DNA from: Synechococcus sp.
GTDB taxonomy: Bacteria > Cyanobacteriota > Cyanobacteriia > PCC-6307 > Cyanobiaceae
Assembly (NCBI GenBank): GCA_047284725.1
Contig: JBJBEO010000001.1
Coordinates: 608,001 to 672,000 of the forward strand
DNA length: 64,000 nucleotides
Direction: 5' to 3'
Shown here: one piece after another, positions 40,726 through 50,413 of the stretch
Layout: each line of letters begins with the position of its first letter
Position numbering within the stretch: the first letter of the stretch is position 1
The notes under the pieces: model-generated
The model's input: the letters and a program-made list of their open reading frames with translations, nothing else
What the model was told of the DNA's origin: nothing
Database searches by the model: none
Made by a program: the position numbers and the translations under genes

Positions 40726-41345
40726 CCATGGCTTTTCGTGGCTCCCGTGTTGGCCTGGCTACGGGCTTCACCCTGGTGGAACTGCTCCTGGCGGCTGGGT
40801 TGGGCGCCATATTCTGTGGTGTTTTGCTGCTGCTGCTGCTGGGCGATCTCCGCCTCACTGGCGCCATGGCTCTGCGCCTTCAAGCGAGAAGGCAGCAGCA
40901 GCGCACGCTCACCCTGATGCGGGCGGAAGGAGAGTTGAGCTACGGCATGGTCGCTGACCCGCAGCCATCGGCGGCTTGGCCCTGTGGTCTGGCGGGTCGG
41001 AGGCCAGTCCTGGCGGTTGCGCTCTCTCCCGAGGATCCTGATGCCAGGCAGCACGCCATTGTTTACAGCGTGGGCTCTGCTCCCTCCCCGATCTGGCGCG
41101 GCCAGGTGTTGATGCGGTGCGGGCCGGCCTATGGCTTGGACGGCCGCATGGATTTGACCAGCACATTTCAGAACCGAGTACTGCTGGATGGCTTGCCTGA
41201 GGGCGGAGTTGAGGGCCTTCAGGCGATGCCTCACCCCACGTTGCCGGTGGTCACGATCGAGCTGGCTCAGCAGTTGCCTCGCTCAGCTCGCGCAACCGGT
41301 GGGGGCGTTGGTGCCGTGATTCTGCGCAGTCGGTCCGCGCTCTGA
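40722..41345 (+). CDS. PilW-like minor pilin
   Basis: ATG|FTLVELLLAAG; LMRCGPAY..DG and LLDGL resemble LWRCGPSF and LIDGL in the AT-rich PilW-like protein at 30276-31589. Confidence 0.72.
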   Translation: MTMAFRGSRVGLATGFTLVELLLAAGLGAIFCGVLLLLLLGDLRLTGAMALRLQARRQQQRTLTLMRAEGELSYGMVADPQPSAAWPCGLAGRRPVLAVALSPEDPDARQHAIVYSVGSAPSPIWRGQVLMRCGPAYGLDGRMDLTSTFQNRVLLDGLPEGGVEGLQAMPHPTLPVVTIELAQQLPRSARATGGGVGAVILRSRSAL

Positions 41346-41361
41346 GCTGTGTGGTCGCACC

Positions 41362-41712
41362 TCAATGCAGGGGGGAGGAAGCTTGTTCTTCCAGCAGGTA
41401 GTAGGCCTCCACGGAGAGGGCCGCCAGCGCAAGAAAGAGATGGTCGATCCAACCGAAGTCCACCCCCATGCCCTGGTAAGCGATGGTCACATTGACCACC
41501 ACCATCACGATCACAAAAGACATCAGCACGATGGCGGGGAACGTCTTGATGACGCGACGGTCGCGCCAGAGTGACAGCAGCAGCGGCAGCAGCACCAGCA
41601 CAGATACCCCATGCAGGATGCGCATCGAGAGATCACTGTGTGTGTGCGCATTGATTGCTGCCCAGATATTCACTGGGATCAGCAATGACGTGAGCATGAG
41701 GTAGGTAATCAT
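41362..41712 (-). CDS. small 4-TM membrane protein
   Basis: Four hydrophobic segments; starts 10 nt after the kinase stop, so probably co-transcribed. Confidence 0.65.
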   Translation of the reverse strand: MITYLMLTSLLIPVNIWAAINAHTHSDLSMRILHGVSVLVLLPLLLSLWRDRRVIKTFPAIVLMSFVIVMVVVNVTIAYQGMGVDFGWIDHLFLALAALSVEAYYLLEEQASSPLH

Positions 41713-41721
41713 TCCCAGGGA

Positions 41722-43206
41722 TCAGGTCTCAGTGGTGATATTGACCATGTCCTCCACTGTCGCGAACGGCAGGCGCACTGTGAAGGTGCTGCCCTGATCG
41801 AGCTCACTGCGCACAGTCACTTTGCCTCCCATGGCCTCGACCAGAAGCTCCACAATCGAGAGTCCAAGGCCGCTGCCACTGCTGATGCTCGCGTTGGCGG
41901 CGCGATGGAATCGCTCGAACACTTTGGGCAGGTCATTCTCCGGTATGCCGATTCCCTGGTCTTCCACTTCCACTACCGCTGCGTTGTCATCACGGCGCAG
42001 GCGCACCGTGATCGGACGCCCTTCAGGCGAGTATTTGTGCGCGTTCTCGATCAGGTCGAGCAGCACCTGGCGCAGACGATCCTGGTCTGCCATGGCCACA
42101 AGGCTTGATTCATTCTCGGGTTTGGGGACGTCCACATGGATTTCCCGCTCCAGGCTGCTCCTGGCGAGGTTCACCACCTCATCCACGGCGATGTCGAGGG
42201 CAAGCGGTTTGTTGTTGAGACGCAACTGACCACTATCGCTGCGGGAGAGGTCGAGCAGGTCATCGAGCAGATGGCGCATGCGTACGCTCTCTTCCTCAGC
42301 CGTTGTCAGCCCCCGGCGTTGCGCGTCATTGAGGTTGGTGCCCCGTTTCAGGGTGCGATGCAGATATCCCTGCACGATGGTGAGCGGGGTGCGCAGCTCA
42401 TGGCTGACGGCGCTGACGAACTGGCGTTGATCCGCCCACGATTTGGCCAGGCGGTTTCGCAGGGCGTTGTAGGTGTTGGCTAGCTGGGTGACTTCCAGCG
42501 GGGCTTGTTGAATCTGCAGGGCTGAAGTGTTGAGGGTGTCGGCTGTGAGTTGGGCAGAAGCTTCTGTGAGCTGCCGCAGGGGAAGACTGATCCGCCTCAC
42601 CAGACCATTCACCGTCCAGATCGACAGCACCAGGCAACCGCTCCATACCACCACCATCCAGTTGAGAAACGTGCTTTGGACCTTGTTGATGTGCGTGATG
42701 TCGGCGCTGCTCCACACCCGTTGGCCTGAAGGGTAGATGCGATTGTTGATGGCGATGTAATCCGTGCCCTTCACGTTCAGGGTTTGCGTCACGCCGGCTT
42801 TCCCACCGGCCTTCGTCACGGCTTCGGCCATGCTCACATTGAGGCCTAGATGGGTATTGAACGGCAGCAGCAGTGCTCCATTGGGTTCCTCGATCCAGAA
42901 GGTCTCTCGCCGGGTGGAGTGCCATCGCAGCTCCTGGCGGATGGCCTGTTTGCGCGTGGTTCGCGCTTCAGCGCTTTCATTGGGGCGGATCTCCAGCAAC
43001 CGATCGGCAAGGAGGTGACGTTCGAGCGATTTGGCGTTGGCACGCAATTGCTCTTCAGTCGAGAGGCCCAGCGTGCGTTGGTTCAGCCAGAGGCTGGCAA
43101 CGCTGGCACCGCTGAAGCCAAGAAAGACGGCGATGTAGGTGGCTAGCTGCAGCTGGCCCGTCAGGCTGCAGAGCAGACGTTGGCGCCAGGGGGAGGGAGT
43201 TGCCAT
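41722..43206 (-). CDS. sensor histidine kinase (2 TM with periplasmic domain, HAMP, HisKA, HATPase)
   Basis: VSHELRTPLT, IENAHKY, DQGIGI and GSGLGL. Confidence 0.92.
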   Translation of the reverse strand: MATPSPWRQRLLCSLTGQLQLATYIAVFLGFSGASVASLWLNQRTLGLSTEEQLRANAKSLERHLLADRLLEIRPNESAEARTTRKQAIRQELRWHSTRRETFWIEEPNGALLLPFNTHLGLNVSMAEAVTKAGGKAGVTQTLNVKGTDYIAINNRIYPSGQRVWSSADITHINKVQSTFLNWMVVVWSGCLVLSIWTVNGLVRRISLPLRQLTEASAQLTADTLNTSALQIQQAPLEVTQLANTYNALRNRLAKSWADQRQFVSAVSHELRTPLTIVQGYLHRTLKRGTNLNDAQRRGLTTAEEESVRMRHLLDDLLDLSRSDSGQLRLNNKPLALDIAVDEVVNLARSSLEREIHVDVPKPENESSLVAMADQDRLRQVLLDLIENAHKYSPEGRPITVRLRRDDNAAVVEVEDQGIGIPENDLPKVFERFHRAANASISSGSGLGLSIVELLVEAMGGKVTVRSELDQGSTFTVRLPFATVEDMVNITTET

Positions 43207-43330
43207 GCCTTCATCTTCATCGCCTCCGCAAGGTTCTGCAGCAAGAATGCGACCAGCACGCACACATCAAAGACCAGTGAGCTTTGGTTTTTCGTCCTTG
43301 GGGCTGTCGTATTCGAGTCTTTCCGCCCGG

Positions 43331-44146
43331 ATGGCGCGCTGGGGACTGGTGATCGTTGCGCTCTACGCTCTCATCGCGGTGGTGACTCCGCTGCTGGTAT
43401 CGGCTGGTCTGCTGCCCGATCCCAACTCTGGTCTCGACAATCCCATCTATGCCGCACCGTCCTGGGGCCATTGGTGCGGAACCGATCGCCTCGGTCGCGA
43501 TGTGTGTGTGCGCACCCTGCAGGGGAGTGGAGTGGCTCTTCAGGTGGTGTTGCTGGCCGTCGCCCTGGCCCTGGTGGTGGGCGTCCCCCTGGGCATGGTG
43601 AGTGGCTATCTGGGCGGTGTTGTCGACCGGGTGCTGGTGTTGCTGATGGACACGCTCTACACCCTGCCGGTTCTGTTGCTGTCTGTGGTGCTGGCGTTTC
43701 TGCTGGGGCGAGGCATCCCCAATGCCGCCGCCGCCCTTTGCGTTGTGTACGTGCCCCAGTACTTCCGGGTGGTGCGGAACCAAACCGCTCAGGTGAAGGC
43801 GGAGTTGTTTGTGGAAGCGGCCCGTTCCCTGGGGGCAGGCCCTGTCTGGATCCTGCGCCGGTATCTGCTGCGCAATGTGATCACGTCGGTGCCCGTGCTG
43901 GTCACTCTCAACTCGGCCGATGCGGTGTTGGTCTTGGGGGGGCTCGGTTTCCTTGGACTGGGCTTGCCGGAAACGGTGCCTGAGTGGGGAAGTGACCTCA
44001 ACCTGGCCCTGGCTGCGGTGCCAACAGGAATCTGGTGGACGGCTCTGTTCCCAGGCTTGGCGATGTTTGTGCTGGTGTTGGGTCTTTCCTTTCTGGGAGA
44101 GGGATTGGACGCCTGGGTGAGCGGATCTGAAGCGGGGCATCGATGA
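43331..44146 (+). CDS. peptide/nickel ABC transporter permease (DppC-like)
   Basis: HWCGTDRLGRD, EAARSLGA (EAA loop), LGFLGLG and PEWG. Confidence 0.9.
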   Translation: MARWGLVIVALYALIAVVTPLLVSAGLLPDPNSGLDNPIYAAPSWGHWCGTDRLGRDVCVRTLQGSGVALQVVLLAVALALVVGVPLGMVSGYLGGVVDRVLVLLMDTLYTLPVLLLSVVLAFLLGRGIPNAAAALCVVYVPQYFRVVRNQTAQVKAELFVEAARSLGAGPVWILRRYLLRNVITSVPVLVTLNSADAVLVLGGLGFLGLGLPETVPEWGSDLNLALAAVPTGIWWTALFPGLAMFVLVLGLSFLGEGLDAWVSGSEAGHR

Positions 44147-44252
44147 TCAGAAGCCTGGCCCTTGTGCTGGATCGAGCCCGCACCGATTCATTGTGTTGGT
44201 GCGTTGCGTGGGCCCTAGCGGCGCCACAATGAAGACTGCTTGTTCTGTCGTG

Positions 44253-44513
44253 ATGCCCTGGTGGACCACTCTGGTGTTGCTGGCTTTGGGCACCTACCTC
44301 TGGCTTGCCGGTCGTGCCAATCCAGATGATGTGATTGGTCTTCTCGAGCAGATGTTGGCCATTGTTCTGGGCCTGGTTGTGCTGTTTGTCGGCCGGAGCA
44401 TGGTCTTGGAATCACTGGTGCTGTTGGTGGCCTTGCGTTTGCCTGCTGCCCGCCGCAATCATCCTGTGATGCAGCGATCGAAAGCGGGCAGCGATGTGTT
44501 GATGCCTTTCTGA
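44253..44513 (+). CDS. small hypothetical membrane protein
   Basis: Hydrophobic ORF with host-like codon usage; start could be 44229. Confidence 0.55.
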   Translation: MPWWTTLVLLALGTYLWLAGRANPDDVIGLLEQMLAIVLGLVVLFVGRSMVLESLVLLVALRLPAARRNHPVMQRSKAGSDVLMPF

Positions 44514-44535
44514 ATCTGGGCCTGCTCAAGCAGGT

Positions 44536-45099
44536 TTAGAGCCATGAGAATTTGGCCCAGTGTTTACAGATCTTGAACTCCAGCTTGCCGTTGATGGATT
44601 GATCATTCCTGGGCAGCCTGACCCCTGGTGGCTTGAGGCCGAGATATTCTTTGATCTCGGCAATTGTGCGTACTTTGAATTTAGGGTTGATGCAATTGAA
44701 GCTCTGTTTTGGGGATTTGCCTGATGTGGGATCTTCGGGATTTGGGTCGATCTGGTAAGTGATTGTGAGAATGTTTTTCTCGGCTTCAATCCGTTCTGCA
44801 AATTCCATGCTTTCCTTGAGAGCTTGTTCTTCTGCAATGCCGAGAACGCGGCTGTATTGATAGGAGCAAAAGTTGTCATCAAAGTGCTTGCGGCACAGAT
44901 CTTTTTCCCGTCTGCTTGTGAAGTTGCGCAGGGTTTCAATCGCGTAGGGTGTGATCGAGGTGGTTTCTTTTTCTACTTTGTATTGAGTGCCGTATTCGCT
45001 TCTGACGGACAGCGTATCCTTTCCGCTGCAAGACGTCGTGGCTAGGAGCATTGCGACGGAGAGGGCGCGGTGCAATGGTGTTGGCCGATTGCAGCGCAT
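44536..45099 (-). CDS. hypothetical putative lipoprotein
   Basis: Hydrophobic stretch ending ATTS|C and a charged soluble domain; lower GC than its flanks. Confidence 0.55.
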   Translation of the reverse strand: MRCNRPTPLHRALSVAMLLATTSCSGKDTLSVRSEYGTQYKVEKETTSITPYAIETLRNFTSRREKDLCRKHFDDNFCSYQYSRVLGIAEEQALKESMEFAERIEAEKNILTITYQIDPNPEDPTSGKSPKQSFNCINPKFKVRTIAEIKEYLGLKPPGVRLPRNDQSINGKLEFKICKHWAKFSWL

Positions 45100-45430
45100 T
45101 GGCGGAGCGTCCTCCCGTCGATGCAGCGGGCCGGTAAAGGTTGAGGAGCCCTGCTGATGGTGAATGCCCTTGATTCTACCTTTGGTCGGCGTAAAGGTCT
45201 AGGCAATATGGCCTTTGATTGGGTTGAGGATTGTTTGTGATAGGAGATTGGTGGGATCAATGAGAATCGTTATTTGGCTCGAAGATGTCCTTCGGTTTGA
45301 CTGGGCGTCCAGGTTTTGTTGCTGCTGTTTCTCTGATTGATGAAAATTACGTCTGGGTTTTGTTTGTCATATGCAATTTTTCTGAGTTGTGGAGCTTGAT
45401 TTGGAATCTTCCTCAAGTGACTTTTCTTGA

Positions 45431-46120
45431 TCAATGTCGCAATCTCTGTGTGCGCGGCAAGAGTTCGAGGATTTCCCCTTCCTCGCTCAGGGATGGATAG
45501 GGCCGTTGCTCCCGCCGGCACCAGTCGGCGACGTCAGGATAAGCCCATTCAAACAGCCGTTGTCTGTAGAGGTCTTCCGGGAGTCCTTCCCCTGCCGTGG
45601 GTAATTGTCCAGCAGCCCTGCGTTGGCGCACTGCCTCAAACAGCAGGGTGGCGGCTGCAACCGACACATTCAGCGATTGCACCATGCCGGCCATTGGGAT
45701 GTAGACCGCCTCATCCATCAGATCCCTTGCGGCGTCGCTCAGTCCCCATTTCTCAGCACCGAGCACAAAGGCGGTGGGTTGGGTGAAGTCGCAGTCGCGG
45801 TAATCGCAGGCAGTCACGCCAAGATGGGTTCCGTAGAGCCTGAACCCTCGTGCTTTGAGGCTGCGCACCGCCTCTTCACTGCTGGGATGATCAATCAGAG
45901 GCACCCACTTCTGGCTGCCCTGGGCCGTGCTGTTGAAGGTGCGAGGCCGCCCCTTCATGCTCACGGCATGGGCCTCCAGGGCTCCAACGGCATCACAGCT
46001 GCGCAGGATCGCGGACAGGTTGTGAGGTTTCTCGACGTGTTCGAGCAGGACGGTGAGATCGGCCATGCGGCCATTGAGAACGGCCTTGAGGCGTTCAAAC
46101 CGGCGTGCGAGCAGGGGCAT
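45431..46120 (-). CDS. trmH: tRNA (guanosine(18)-2'-O)-methyltransferase
   Basis: KPHNLSAILRSCDAVG, LGAEKWG and IPMAGMVQSLNVSVA (SPOUT motifs). Confidence 0.9.
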   Translation of the reverse strand: MPLLARRFERLKAVLNGRMADLTVLLEHVEKPHNLSAILRSCDAVGALEAHAVSMKGRPRTFNSTAQGSQKWVPLIDHPSSEEAVRSLKARGFRLYGTHLGVTACDYRDCDFTQPTAFVLGAEKWGLSDAARDLMDEAVYIPMAGMVQSLNVSVAAATLLFEAVRQRRAAGQLPTAGEGLPEDLYRQRLFEWAYPDVADWCRREQRPYPSLSEEGEILELLPRTQRLRH

Positions 46121-46339
46121 GACTCAGGATTGCATGCAGCTTGAGTCTCATCAGGTCAACGCGGCGGTGGATTGCGGTGTTCAGCAGCCCACCATGCAAA
46201 GAATCACCCACCAGATCGCGTCCTGTTCGCCGCGCCACGCTTTAACCCTGAAGGTCAGTTGGAGGAAACTCCCGCCGATCAAGGGCTGTGCCGTTTGGAT
46301 GCAAGCAGAGCTTCGGCAGGAGTGCAGCAGACATTGGCT

Positions 46340-46642
46340 TCAGCGGGCGGCGGAGCGCTTGCGCACGGCACGGGGAGCATTGCGGGAGGCATCGCCTTCC
46401 GGTGCCGACCCTGTTGTTTCTGAATCCTTGCTGTCACCGGTGGGTTCATCGTCGGGCTCCTGGTCCGCAATGATTCCAAGAATCATGCCGGCCTGCAGCT
46501 GGTCTTGGAGGTCGCCGATGGTCATCAGTGCTTTAAGCACCAGCTGAGAGCGCACGATCTTGGGTAGACCAGGGCGGAGCTTCTTGGTGCTGTTCCACAG
46601 CTCTTGAGCGACCTCTTTGATCAGCTCCTTGTCAGCCGTCAT
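46340..46642 (-). CDS. hypothetical protein
   Basis: MTADKELIKEVAQELW...; host-like codon bias. Confidence 0.65.
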   Translation of the reverse strand: MTADKELIKEVAQELWNSTKKLRPGLPKIVRSQLVLKALMTIGDLQDQLQAGMILGIIADQEPDDEPTGDSKDSETTGSAPEGDASRNAPRAVRKRSAAR

Positions 46643-46694
46643 TGCCTTCTGTCTAAGTCCAAGCACCCCAGCATCCCACCACGCCGTCCCCCCT

Positions 46695-47093
46695 ATGGCC
46701 GTTCCACCAAAGCACCACGATCGCGGCAGCTTTGATCAGCGGGTGTGCGACGTGGTGGCGCTCATCCCCATAGGTCGCCTGGCCACCTATGGCCAGGTGG
46801 CTGATTGGATCGGAGCCTATGGCTGTGCTCGTCAGGTGGGTTGGGCGTTGAGGCGTCTACCACTGCCCTCGCCCCTCCCCTGGCACCGCGTTGTGAATGC
46901 CAGGGGTTCCATTGCGATGAGCCTGAGCCGTGAAGGGTCCGACTGGATTCAGCGGGATTTGCTCATTGCCGAAGGCATTCCTGTGGATTGCAATGGGGGC
47001 CTCTCCCTGCATCCATTCCTTTGGCGTCCACTCCAACCTCCTGGGCAGGCCACACCGGAGGATGTGAGGGTGATGCCATCGGCCCGTGAGTGA
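46695..47093 (+). CDS. MGMT/alkyltransferase-like (ATL) protein
   Basis: IPIGRLATYGQVA, ARQVG and PWHRVV (Trp in place of the catalytic Cys, the ATL signature). Confidence 0.85.
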   Translation: MAVPPKHHDRGSFDQRVCDVVALIPIGRLATYGQVADWIGAYGCARQVGWALRRLPLPSPLPWHRVVNARGSIAMSLSREGSDWIQRDLLIAEGIPVDCNGGLSLHPFLWRPLQPPGQATPEDVRVMPSARE

Positions 47094-48447
47094 TTCATCC
47101 CCTCGCAGCGACGCGCCGGCTGTTGGTCTGGCACCGCGGCGGCTGGCATGGGAGGTGCTGGAAGCCGTGGCTGCAGGTGCCTATGCCGATGTGGCGCTGG
47201 AACGAGCGCTGCGGGGGAAGACCCTCTCGGCGCTTGATCGTGGCTTGTTGACGGAACTCGCCTATGGCGCCATTCGCCGACGGCGTTGGTTGGATGCCTG
47301 GCTGGATCATCTGGGTCGCATGCCTGCCCGTAAACAGCCGCCTCGCCTGCGTTGGCTGCTCCATGTGGGCCTTTATCAGGTGTTTTGGATGCAGCGGATC
47401 CCCGATGCCGCTGCTGTGAATACGTGTGTGGAGCTGGCCAAGCGCCATCGCCTGGTCCGGCTGGCGCCTGTGGTGAATGGTCTGTTGCGGGCTGCCCTGA
47501 GGGCCAGGGATGCGGGAGACACCTTGCCATTGCCGGACGACCCAGCACTGCGGTTGGCGCAGCAGCAGTCGTTGCCCGATTGGTTTTGCCAGGCTTTGCG
47601 TCAGTGGTGCACGCCTGGGCAGGCGGAACGGGTCGCCTTTGCCTGCAATCAGGTCCCACCTCTTGATCTACGCGTGAATCGGTTGCGCAGCTCGGTGGCG
47701 GAGGTGCAACAGGATCTCGAGAAGTCTGGCCTGAAGGTGGTGCCGATCGCTGGATGTCCGGATGGGCTGCAGGTATTGGATAGTGGCGGTGATCTGCGCC
47801 AGTGGCCGGGCTATGAGCAGGGCCACTGGTGTGTTCAGGACCGTGCCGCCCAGTGGGTTGCACCGCTCGTGGCGCCTCGCCCCGGTGATCGGGTGCTGGA
47901 TGCCTGTGCGGCTCCAGGTGGCAAAGCCACCCATCTGGCTGAATTGATGGGCGATCAGGGGGAGGTCTGGGCAGTGGATCGCTCCGCCGGTCGCCTGCAG
48001 CGGGTCGCCGCCAATGCCGCCAGGCTCGGCACCGATTGCCTGCAGGCGATGGTTGCTGATGCAACGAAGCTTCTGGCGCAACAGCCGCGCTGGCGTGGCT
48101 TTTTTCAGCGCATCCTGCTCGATGCTCCCTGCTCAGGCCTCGGCACCCTGGCCCGCCATGCTGATGCTCGTTGGCGGGTGTCGACCACCACGGTGGAGGA
48201 CCTGTTGCCGCTCCAGGCCCGGTTGCTGGAGGCGATGCTGCCGCTGCTGGCCCCCGGCGGTCGGTTGGTTTACGCCACCTGCACGATTCATCCCGCAGAA
48301 AACAGTGATCAGGTTGCTCTGTTTCTCAGATCGCACCCCAGCCTGCAACTGCTTCAGCAGGAGCAACGCTGGCCTGACCCGGAGGGGGGCGATGGGTTTT
48401 ATGCCGCTGTGATGGACTTGCCGACTACTGCACCGGAAGCGGTCTGA
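47086..48447 (+). CDS. rsmB: 16S rRNA m5C967 methyltransferase
   Basis: NusB-like N-terminus, VQD, DACAAPGGK, DAPCSGLG and YATCT. Confidence 0.93.
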   Translation: MSDSSPRSDAPAVGLAPRRLAWEVLEAVAAGAYADVALERALRGKTLSALDRGLLTELAYGAIRRRRWLDAWLDHLGRMPARKQPPRLRWLLHVGLYQVFWMQRIPDAAAVNTCVELAKRHRLVRLAPVVNGLLRAALRARDAGDTLPLPDDPALRLAQQQSLPDWFCQALRQWCTPGQAERVAFACNQVPPLDLRVNRLRSSVAEVQQDLEKSGLKVVPIAGCPDGLQVLDSGGDLRQWPGYEQGHWCVQDRAAQWVAPLVAPRPGDRVLDACAAPGGKATHLAELMGDQGEVWAVDRSAGRLQRVAANAARLGTDCLQAMVADATKLLAQQPRWRGFFQRILLDAPCSGLGTLARHADARWRVSTTTVEDLLPLQARLLEAMLPLLAPGGRLVYATCTIHPAENSDQVALFLRSHPSLQLLQQEQRWPDPEGGDGFYAAVMDLPTTAPEAV

Positions 48448-50413
48448 AAAATTCGTCGACCGGAGGTCCACCGGGTGGAACCACGTTGCGTTTGGGCGCA
48501 GCCACGTCCGGTTTGGCGGGTTTGCTGGTGTCCCAGCTGGTATCGGGTTGGCTGCGGTCGGTGCGGTTGGTGGTGCCGCGGGGGGCCTTAAAGACCCGCG
48601 TCAGCACCGGTTGCGGCGGAAATGTCTGAACCGGGAAGTTGCCCTTGATGGTGCTCATGAACTGTTTCCAGGCCCAGGCTGCTTCGCTGCTGCTGCTACC
48701 GGTTTCAGCGTTGTTGTCGTACCCGAACCAAACAGCGGTGGTGAGCTGAGGGATCGAGCCGATGAACCAGAGGTCGCGCGCACCTTCTGAAGTGCCGGTT
48801 TTGCCTGCAACAGGTCGATCATTCAGTTTCGCAGCAGCGCCGGTTCCGCCGCTGACAACCCGTTGAAGCATCCAGTTCATGGTGTCGGCGACATCGCTGT
48901 CGACCGCTCTTGTCCCCCGGGCACCATCGCGACGGCGACTCCAGATCAGCTCTCCTCCAGGGCCGCGAATGTCTTCAAAGGCGGTGGGTTTCACGTACAC
49001 ACCACGATTGGTGACAGCGGCGTAAGCCGAGGCCATGTCGAGGATGGTTTGCTCGTAAGCCCCGATGGCCATCGGGTAGTACTTGCCCAGGGGGCGGGTC
49101 GTGCCGATGCCCAAGTTGTTGGCCATCGTGATGATGGCATCAAAGCCCACCTTGTCCTGCAGCTGAACGGCAACGGTGTTCAGGGAGTTCTTCAGCGCAT
49201 CAGCCAGGCTGATGCTGCCGAAGTATTTGTTGCCGAAGTTCTTGGGACAGTATCCACTCCAGCAGCGGGGTGAGTCGACGAAGAGGTCGCTGGGTTTCAC
49301 GCCGGCGTTGACGGCTGCGGCGTAGGGGAAGAGCTTGAAGGTGGAGCCTGGGGAGCGCAGAGCCTGGGTGGCGCGGTTGAACTGACTGGCCTGGAAGTTC
49401 TTGCCACCCACCATCACCCGAACCAGGCCCGTGCCCGGTTCAATCGACACGATGGACCCCTCGGTGTTCCCAGGAGCAAAGTCCCTCACAACTTTCTGAG
49501 CATGCTTTTGCCATTTGAGATTGAGGCTGGTACGGATCTTCAGTCCGCCCACTTCCAGTTGCTCAGGGGTCAGCATCTGAGGTAGCTGCTGCGCCACCCA
49601 GCTGGTGAAGTAAGGCGCAGCGCTGTTGAAGTATTTCGGGGTGGCCGGCTTGAGATTGAGCGGGCTGTTGCGGGCTGCATCGGCTTCGCTGGAACTGATG
49701 AAACCTGCCTGCTGCATCCGTTCCAGCACGATCGAACGGCGCTCAAGTGCCACGGTTTCATCCACCAACGGTGAATACACCGACGGTGCGGGAGGCAGAC
49801 CTGCAATCAGCGCTGCCTCCGGCAGGGTGAGCTGATCCGGCGTTTTTGAGAAGTACACCCATGCGGCATCAGAAACCCCATAGGCCCCAGAGCCGAGATA
49901 CACGTAGTTGAGGTATTGCTCGAGGATCTGTTCCTTGCTCAGCTGCCGTTCGAGCTTGTAGGCGAGAGCCGCTTCTCGCAGTTTGCGAGTAAGGGTGCGG
50001 TCCTGGCTGAGAAATACCGTTCTCGCCAGCTGCTGTGTGATCGTGCTGGCCCCTTCACGCACCGACCGTTGCTTCAGATTGGTGAAGAGGGCGCGACTGA
50101 TGCCCCAGAGGTCCACACCATCGTGCTCGTAAAAGCGGCGATCTTCCGCTGCAACAAAGGCTTCCTTCACCAGGGGTGGCATCTTGCCGGGGCTGACCTT
50201 TTCTCGCGTGGCAGGCCCCAGTTTCTGGATCACCTGGCCATCGCTGGAGAGCAGTGTGATCGTGCCTGGTCGGTTGAAGCTCGCGACCCCCCGAGCATCA
50301 GGCAAGGTTGCATCGATGGCCTCGACCAGTGCACCCTGGCCGAGCGCGACGCCGCAGCCAACGGCTGCGGCGGACCCAGCCAGAAGGAACCAATGAAGGC
50401 GAGTGCGTTTCAC
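48425..50413 (-). CDS. class A penicillin-binding protein (PBP1A family)
   Basis: EDRRFYEH, GASTITQQL, RKLRE, GSTFK (SxxK), SLN and KTGT. Confidence 0.93.
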   Translation of the reverse strand: MKRTRLHWFLLAGSAAAVGCGVALGQGALVEAIDATLPDARGVASFNRPGTITLLSSDGQVIQKLGPATREKVSPGKMPPLVKEAFVAAEDRRFYEHDGVDLWGISRALFTNLKQRSVREGASTITQQLARTVFLSQDRTLTRKLREAALAYKLERQLSKEQILEQYLNYVYLGSGAYGVSDAAWVYFSKTPDQLTLPEAALIAGLPPAPSVYSPLVDETVALERRSIVLERMQQAGFISSSEADAARNSPLNLKPATPKYFNSAAPYFTSWVAQQLPQMLTPEQLEVGGLKIRTSLNLKWQKHAQKVVRDFAPGNTEGSIVSIEPGTGLVRVMVGGKNFQASQFNRATQALRSPGSTFKLFPYAAAVNAGVKPSDLFVDSPRCWSGYCPKNFGNKYFGSISLADALKNSLNTVAVQLQDKVGFDAIITMANNLGIGTTRPLGKYYPMAIGAYEQTILDMASAYAAVTNRGVYVKPTAFEDIRGPGGELIWSRRRDGARGTRAVDSDVADTMNWMLQRVVSGGTGAAAKLNDRPVAGKTGTSEGARDLWFIGSIPQLTTAVWFGYDNNAETGSSSSEAAWAWKQFMSTIKGNFPVQTFPPQPVLTRVFKAPRGTTNRTDRSQPDTSWDTSKPAKPDVAAPKRNVVPPGGPPVDEFFRPLPVQ

